Assembly (NCBI GenBank): GCA_030141605.1
Contig: JAQGDQ010001317.1
Span: 1 to 47,626 of the forward strand
Direction of reading: 5' to 3'
Source: Tubiluchus corallicola
Taxonomy: Eukaryota; Animalia; Priapulida
Length of the DNA: 47,626 nucleotides
Shown here piece after piece: positions 40,028-47,626 of this stretch. Numbering within the stretch: position 1 is the first letter of the stretch; each line of letters starts with the position of its first letter. A program made the position numbers and the translations under genes. Under the pieces are notes generated by a model. That model was given only the letters and a program-made list of their open reading frames with translations. It searched no databases and was not told where the DNA came from.

Positions 40028-41074
40028 ATGGTTGCATTGAGAACTCAAGTAGGTCTACAGATGGTGCTATTGCTGTTGGCGACAACTGCAATTGTACAAG
40101 TGCAGACTTGTGGCAGGTCGTCCGTGTATCTGTTGGATAATGGATATCGCCAAATGTTGATAGCAATTCATGAAGACGTTCCCGAGGACACAACGCTACT
40201 GGACAGAATCCAAGAAGTTTTCACACAGGCTTCCAGTTTTCTCTACCGCATAACAAAGTACCATCTTTTATGATTTTTACAATCCGTTTGTAAATGTGGA
40301 GCAAAAACTTTAAGAAAATTAGACATAATGATGTTTTCCTTACAATTTAATTTCTTTATTATTTAACCGTGTAAACTGTAAACAATGTGCTTCTGCATAA
40401 AGTGATCACAGAATATAAATATCCGAGAGATTTAATTTATTTGTGCAGCTTTTTAGAAAAATGTTCAGCTGTTTTACATAAAACAACATCGTATTTTTTA
40501 AAATATGCTGTAAAATTAACTAACACTAACAAGACTTAGCGTATAGTAGTTATTGTTATTCAAAATAAATAAATAATTTCAGTGATGTCTTGTTTTTCTT
40601 GAAAAATGTCGTTACCTACAATAAAGAGTTATAGACCGAATTAATAAGATAATATTAATAAGAATAGACGATGCTATATGTTAATGTTAATGCATATGTA
40701 TTATTGATAATCTATTAGTAACAATAATAATAATTACTAATATAATAATAGTAATAACAACAACAACAACAACAAAAACAACAACAAAGCGAATAACACT
40801 TGTTATTGTATTTTTTTATTTCAGGCAAAGAGCGTATTTTCATGACATTGCTGTACTTGTGCCAAATTCTTGGTCAGATGACCCAAAGTACGAACCAGCA
40901 GCCAATGAAAGTATCGACGTCTCGGACGTTGAAATAGGAATATCCAGTCCCCCAAACAACCAGCCATTTACAGTTAATCCTAATTTGTGTGGTGATATAG
41001 GACTGTATATGCATCTAACTCCAGATTATCTAATGAATCCAAGTATTGGTAATCAGTATGGTCCATATGATAAA
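40028..41074 (+). CDS. CLCA: Gene C (5' part): calcium-activated chloride channel regulator (CLCA) family zinc metalloprotease
   Basis: Exon 40028-40257: signal peptide plus LLDNGYRQMLIAIHEDVPEDTTLLDRIQEVFTQASSFLY. Exon 40825-41074: RAYFHDIAVLVPNSW...PFTVNPNLCGDIGLYMHLTPDYL...YGPYDK|gtaagt. Both match the CLCA N-terminal pattern (NNGY...VPED...ASxYL...YF...PYT...CGExG..IHLTPDF). The HExxH exon is not seen in the window. Confidence 0.92.
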
Positions 41075-41112
41075 GTAAGTGATTAGTTCTAATGCGCGCA
41101 CAGTCAGTATTA

Positions 41113-41789
41113 GGACCGTGTCACACAGAAAAAGCCGTAAAGAGCATGCCATAATCCATAATCCGTAATCCACGAGGCGTCTTCCATCTTCCGTAATGCT
41201 CATGTCGTAATCCACGGTATGCGCCTGGCTCTGGGCAACTAGCAAGGCGTTTGCCACAATCCGTTTTGGCCGGAGGCACGAAACTGTTATATTTTAACAT
41301 TATATTATATTACAGATACTATAGGCAATAGTTTATATAATTTTACTCATTACGGAATAACTGATTGTCAATAGCGTACATTGTATGATTAACTGGTATG
41401 CAGTCTCCTGCATGTAGCTTACATTACTTGTATTCATTGATGTTATGAATTCTTATGATATAAATGATTTTTATTTTAGAAAAAAGCTTAGTTAAACTAA
41501 TTTTCACATTAGCCATAAGCAAAAACGCCTTATGGCAAACGAAATTCATGGCCAAATTCATTTTGCCATAAGGCGCCTTATGAACAGCTCAAAACGACTT
41601 GTGAGGAGCCTACCGCGAATTATGGCTGACGCCTTACGGTAGGCAAGCCTCTTTTGGCGGAAGACGTCAAATGGATTATTTGTGTGACAGGGACCAATGG
41701 CTAGCATGTGGTCATTTTTCATGAAGTGACTTTTTCTCCTCGTGGCTTGTGCCTTACGGGTTTATGTCCAGCTCTGTCTGACACGGGCC
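41113..41789. mobile_element. PIF/Harbinger-like MITE in CLCA intron
   Basis: TIR ggaccgtgtcacacaga / tctgtctgacacgggcc (15/17); TTA on both sides. Confidence 0.75.
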
Positions 41790-42519
41790 TTACAGTCAAA
41801 ACTGTCTTGGTAGTGAAAACTGTGTCGTAAATTGTTTGCGAAAAATGCAACTAATTCTGTAAACTCTACTTTGGGTTACAACTCACAACTATTGAGATAT
41901 GAACATAACAACAATCGAAATGTATACAACGATAATGTAATTTCGTATGTAAGACAGATTGCTTCTAAGTGCGCTTACAATGTGACCAATGAGCAGAATT
42001 ATCTTGCATTATTTGTGAAAGATATCGTCTATGTAATCGAGCACATCTTCAATTTTTGAACAGAAACGAACTTAATCTGATACTAGAACGGATATAAGTA
42101 ATTCATTATTTTTATTGTACTTCATTTGACTAATTGCTGTATTATTTACTGTCCTACTAGCAATACGTAACTGAACGCGCAATGTTGCTGTATTGCTCAT
42201 TGTATAATTATGAAATGCATAAACAGTTATCACAGTTAATTACATTATAATAATATTATACAATAATGGGCATAAAAGTTATCTTTTTTTTCAATAAATA
42301 TTCTCTAATGTATATGGTGCATTACAGCACCTGATACAAATGTCTGCAATATAAATACTATAAACTTTATTTAAAATTTAAAACCAAATTAATTATGTAA
42401 ATTGTACGATGCTAGGATTAAATTTGTAAAAACTATAAATATAAGTAAACTACTACAATTATTAGCAGCAGTTTTCCATTACATTTAATTATTCTCAAGT
42501 ATATATCAACCGGTTTGCT

Positions 42520-43130
42520 CAATTGCGTATCATGTCATTATGAACTAGTTCCCGTATGATATTGATGTACAAACTAAGAGTGGACTCGTTTCGATTTCTA
42601 TTACTGTATTTATATCCATTATGTCTCGTTTCATTTTAAGTAATTCTCTATTGTTATTGTTATTTTTCATAGAAATGCAATCAAAGATTAAATGGTGTGG
42701 TGTTTGAAAGTCATTATTACATTGACACATTATCACTAGGTTAATGTGATAATTTTATCATTATCAACATTATCAAAGGTTATATTTAAAAGCATTAAAA
42801 GCATTACAGCCTCTACCAAGTAGTAAACTAAATGCACTTGTTTCAATAAGTCTGTCATATTCTCCTAGAGGTAACATTAAAGTGGTGGTGAAAATTGGGA
42901 CCGTTTTCCGAGGCAGACCAGCTAGCGGATTACCATGCTGCAGATTTCTGTGCCACAGAAATTTATTAACAAATTTATTAACTTCTGACTTACTATATTT
43001 GACGTTTAGTGAATTAACACAGGCATCAACCAATTTTTGATTACGTGGAATTTCTATAGCTTTAGTGATTTTTAGAAATGACTTGGCTTTTATGACATGA
43101 TTTGCTATGAAGTGGTTAGTTGCTTGGCCG
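42520..43130 (-). mobile_element. Degenerate LINE ORF2 C-terminal fragment
   Basis: CQCNNDFQTPHHLIFDC resembles the C-terminal Cys/His knuckle of non-LTR ORF2; same strand as the RT fragment at 44900-45560. Confidence 0.45.
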
Positions 43131-44899
43131 CTAATTAACGAAGTGTCGATCTGCTCTTCCCCACACCTGGTGTAACATACTGTTTATTTTACCCCAGAAA
43201 GTCTGATGAGAAATAATGTAATGATGGTGTTATCAATAATAATAATTAATATGACAACCAAGCTATTGTCATATTATCAACTAAACCGGAAAACAAGTAT
43301 TAAAAAAATGGTTCAGTTGCCCTTTAAACCCAAGATTTAGGAATTTAAGTTCTGCGGGTTGGTTGGTAGCATTCAATTTTGTGCGCGATATGAAGCCGTC
43401 TGATCAACTTGTGAATGCGGAGAGAGGTGACCCAGAAAACTCGTCACGATACAGGTGTACAAGGTAGAAAACAGTTGAGCTTTGGTATTGGACCTGAAAA
43501 CATTACATAGGTCAGACTTTTCGTAATTGCAGTTTTGCTGAACTTTCGAACGAAAATGTTTGTCCATTTTACTACTTTTGATTGCTGCCGTCATGTTGAT
43601 GGGTGAGGAAGTTGCTACAGTTAATGGACTCCCAAGTACCAGATGTTATGGTGATAGTACTGGTGGCTGGAGGACTACCGGTTGAGCGATAGACGAGAAG
43701 GACACGACAGTTCTCTTGTTTATTTGAGGCCAGCAAGAGGTGTCTAGAGCTTCAGACTATTTCACGGGATCCCGATCTGTAAGTTGATTTATTCTTTGCC
43801 TTACTATGCAGCGTGTCCTGAGTACAGATGGACTAATGGTTTTCACAATTGAAAAATGTTCAATATGAACGTGATCCTACACGAGTTGAAGTCATGCCAG
43901 ACATTGAGATTGTGTATGAAGTTTAGCAACGAAATGTTTCATGGATGCTGCTAATTTACATGTGACGTCACAACCCTGAATGCTGCTTTCAATGCATTAA
44001 CTTGCTAGCATTTCCCCAGGGGTGGCCGGTAGTTAAGTTAAGCCCTTAGACGAACGTTTGCTACGGTTAGTTTAGCTTATATCCAATGGAAATATTACCA
44101 AGACATTATAATATGTTAGTTATGAACACTGTTTATTTTTGGTGATATTACTTAGTTTTGCTTTCAATTTTGCCCAATAACGTGTTTCTGATATTTTTGC
44201 CAATGTTTTGTTTTGATGTATTGTGCTTTAATGACATATTTGGTCGGTTTGATTTTCGTGCCTAATATTTTGTCATTAAAAGTGATAACAGTATACTATA
44301 ATTATTATTGTTGCATCATTGTCCTGTTGTATTTAATTCGATTAACCGATAAGTGCTAATACAGAATCCCACAAGAACCAACACCCTCTTGAAGTGGTAG
44401 CGCCCCCCGTAGACTACCCTTGCTGCGAAGCCACTATCTGGAGTTTGTGGGCAGATCCCTCTTTAAAGTAAAATTTTATGTAAACTTATTGCTCGGCCAA
44501 GGAATCTCCAGTGACTACCTTACATCTAGTCAGGCCTGCCCTATCTGCACTAGTCGTAACACCTGGCCAAATCGCTTTCCGGTTAACTTAGAATTTTCAT
44601 CAAGAATTTACAAATAACAGCAGAATATTGTAACTCGAGAGGTGGGTTCCTTTTCTAGTTCCTTTTTAGGTAGGTTATAAGATACTCCTGTGGCTGTTTT
44701 TACTATGTCGTACACAGAAGATCATCGAAGACTTTTAATTGTTTATCTAGCCAGCAAGAAGCTGCGTATAACGATGTGGGTAATGCCACTGTTTTAGCTA
44801 GGTTCATAATTCAGGCCAGCTTTAGTCCTCTATATTTAAAGCAAAAACTTTTAATTTTTTGCCATTTATTCCACCATTTTCCCTCACGTCTGCTACATG

Positions 44900-45560
44900 A
44901 ACAGAAAAGCTCAGTTCTTTGTCAACTGTTATACCTAACACATTAATAAAATGTCCGTATACTTAATCTGCATGTCACGCAAATTTGGTGGTGTGGGTTC
45001 ATATTTTAAATTTAACGAAGTTTTATACAGAATAGCCGCGGTTTTGTTAACCGCACAGTTGATGTTCATGCGCCATCTATTACACGATCTATACGGCTTG
45101 TGACATTGTTTTTGCGCTTCTGTATATGCACCATACATTGATCTGTTATAGCTACTAGGAAAGTGCTGTCGTCAGCATATTTATATTTTGAGAAGTTGTC
45201 ATTATTGTTATTATCAAACATGTCTGCCACATAAAACAAAAACAAAATTGGCGATAGCGCTGAACCTTTTGTGGTGAACCAATATCGCACGAATGAGTTT
45301 GTGAGATAAAATTATTGGCCTTAAGATAAATATTGCGATTTTTCAACAAAGACACAATCAACCACAGCATTTTTCCTTGAATGCCTCTTTGAAACAATTT
45401 TCATATCATCCCATCAATCCAAATACTATCAAAAGCCTTACTAAAATCACGAAACACGGCTATGCTTCCTAGTTTGTTGCCTTTCAAATTTAGACATAAG
45501 CCTGTACAGATATTACTAGGGTCACTGTAATCTGATTTACCATATTTAAAAAAACACAAT
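44900..45560 (-). mobile_element. Degenerate non-LTR reverse transcriptase fragment
   Basis: AVFRDFSKAFDSI, GIQGKMLWLIVSLLKNR, GSPQ/KGSALSPILFLFYVADM and YADD, split over frameshifts. Confidence 0.85.
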
Positions 45561-45771
45561 TTTCGCATTTTTCCAAGGCCACTGGCTGCATTCTAAACAT
45601 ATATTAACAAGATTAAAAAGGACTGCCTTTGCCCAGAAACCTATATGTAGGAGAATGCAATCAACGTGAAAACGAAACATGTGGTACCCTTCTGTTTTGT
45701 GAGAAAAAAATAGCATATTACTTATTTATTTAGTGACCGTTAGATGTCTTCGAAAATCAGTAAAGCAACTG

Positions 45772-47626
45772 TTAAAGCACAAGAAAACCCTTCATAAACA
45801 TAAAGCTTGAAAAATTTGTTTTGAAATTTTATATCACTTACGTACTGCCTTTTTGCATGCAGGACTTCAATCGGCAGTCACGCTCTATAAAACATGTAAA
45901 TTTAAACTCCCGCGATGACCGTTAGACGCAACCATTTTCACGAGCTCATTTGAAACAAATTAAATAACATTTTGTAAAGTTTGAAAAAATATTCAAAGCA
46001 TTCGTAGCGCACACGTCATTAACTGTTAAATTACCGTTTCTTGTCAATAAGATTAAAAATACGTTTTTTGGATAGTGAGTGGTGCACCCTAGAGGGTGAG
46101 TCAGTGACATTTTACCAATTGGTGAAAACATTTTAAATAATTAATAATTTCCTTTTCTAGTTACATAAATCTTTCTAGCAGGTAAGCGAAAATCTAAGTA
46201 ATATAGTCTTAGAGTCTTTTGAGATATAATTTAGCATTGCCTTTTCTTCCCTTGATTTACGTTTGGCACATGACGTCAGGTAATGGCGACTTCGGAACAG
46301 TATTGCGGGAGATTTAAAATGAAAACAAACTAAAATTCCTTTCAGTGCGAGTAAGATATATGCATAAAATTGGATCGAGTTGTCAAATTTCTTAATATTT
46401 CACGCCAGCATAATAATTGCATCTTGCCAGAAGGGGTTCCCAAGCATTCCACTCTACTAGGAAAGTTTTTTCCATTTTCCAAAATGGGTTTCTACCCAGT
46501 TTTTCAAAGAACATTTTTGCTACTTCTTGCCAATCTGTTGGCATTAGCCCGTGAATCAACCTAGATTTCAGGGATTTGGCAAACGATTCCAAATCTACCA
46601 TATTTACTCCACCTGAAATTTCGGACATAAGTGTTTTTCGTTTAACTGTATCTGGTTTGCCACCCCAGACAAACTTATTTGCTAATTTCTCAATGGGTTT
46701 CAATTTTTCATAATTCACAACGAGGAGCAGTGGCAACAAATGGACTATTTTTGATAATATTAAGGATTTAAAAACAGTTGTCCGAAATTTCAGGTGGGTA
46801 AATATGGTAGATTTGGAATCGTTTGCCCGGAAATCCCTGAAATCTAGGTTGATTCACAGGCTAATGCTAACAGATTGGCAAGTAGCAAAAATGTTCTTTT
46901 GAAAAACTGGGTAGAAACCATTTGGAAAATGGAAAAAGCTTTCCTAGTAGAGTGGAATGCTTGGGAACCCCTTCTGGCAAGATGCAATTATTATGCTGGC
47001 GTGAAATATTAAAAAATTTGACAACTCGATCAATTTTATGCATATATATCTTACTCACTGAAAAAGGAATTTTAGTTTGTTTTCATTTTTAAATCTCCCA
47101 CAATACTGTTCGAAGTCGCCATTACCTGACGTCATGTGCCAAACGTAAATCAAGGAAGAAAAGAGCAATGCTAAATTATATCTCAAAAGACTCTAAGACT
47201 ATATTACTTCGCATTTCGCTTAACAGCTTGACTTATATAAATAGAAAAAATTATTAATTATTTAAATGTTTTCACCAATTCGTAAAATGTCCTTGGCTCC
47301 AGGGTGCACCATTCACTAACCAAAAAACGTTTTTAATCTTATTGATAAGCTACAGCAAATAAAAAAATTTACTTACTTAGTGACGTGTGCGCTATGAATG
47401 CTCTGATTATTTTTTAAACTTTACACAATGTTATCTAAGCTTGTTTCAAATGACCTGTCGTCAAAATTCTGCGTCTAACAGTCATCGCAGGAGTTTAAAT
47501 TTACATATTATTTACAGCGTTACTGCTGATGCAAGCCCTGTGTGCAAAAAGGAAGTACGTACGTGATATAAAATTTCAAGACGATTTTTAAGCTTTATGT
47601 AAGTGAAGGGTTTTCTAGTGCTTTAA
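45772..47626. repeat. Foldback inverted repeat: family X element plus L1/Tx1-like fragment in mirror image (arms 45772-46627 / 46779-47626)
   Basis: ccacctgaaatttcggaca (to 46627) vs tgtccgaaatttcaggtgg (from 46779); both outer ends read TTAA-agcac. Confidence 0.9.
46373..46778 (-). mobile_element. L1/Tx1-like LINE ORF2 fragment (post-RT region)
   Basis: IEKLANKFVWGGKPDTVKRKTLMSEISGGVNMVDLESFAKSLK resembles FxWxGKxxRIxxxxLxxxxxxGGLxLPD. Confidence 0.7.

Noticed and set aside
41075-47626. Further CLCA exons (HExxH catalytic motif)
   Set aside because: No HEWAH/HEWGH-encoding plus-strand exon found by eye; the region is mostly transposon relics, so the next exon is presumed to lie beyond the window

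Overview
AT-rich eukaryotic DNA, most likely from an invertebrate animal (GT-AG spliceosomal introns, many microsatellites and transposon relics). It holds three spliced genes, reconstructed by hand from splice sites and reading-frame phase. (A) A minus-strand gene of at least 19 coding exons (32638->9445, about 1,319 aa plus an unresolved N-terminus) encodes four tandem DOMON domains, a Thr-rich mucin-like stalk and two C-terminal DM13 domains. (B) The first two exons (signal peptide and start of a DOMON domain) of a tandem paralogue run off the left edge. (C) The first two coding exons of a plus-strand CLCA-family gene lie head-to-head with gene A and run off the right edge. Non-coding DNA contains a 41-bp satellite with a 123-bp higher-order repeat, three families of TTAA-flanked (Kolobok-like) non-autonomous elements, hAT-, Harbinger- and Tc1/mariner-like MITEs, LINE and SINE relics, and three long inverted duplications. 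All family assignments come from motif recognition by eye; no database search was run.
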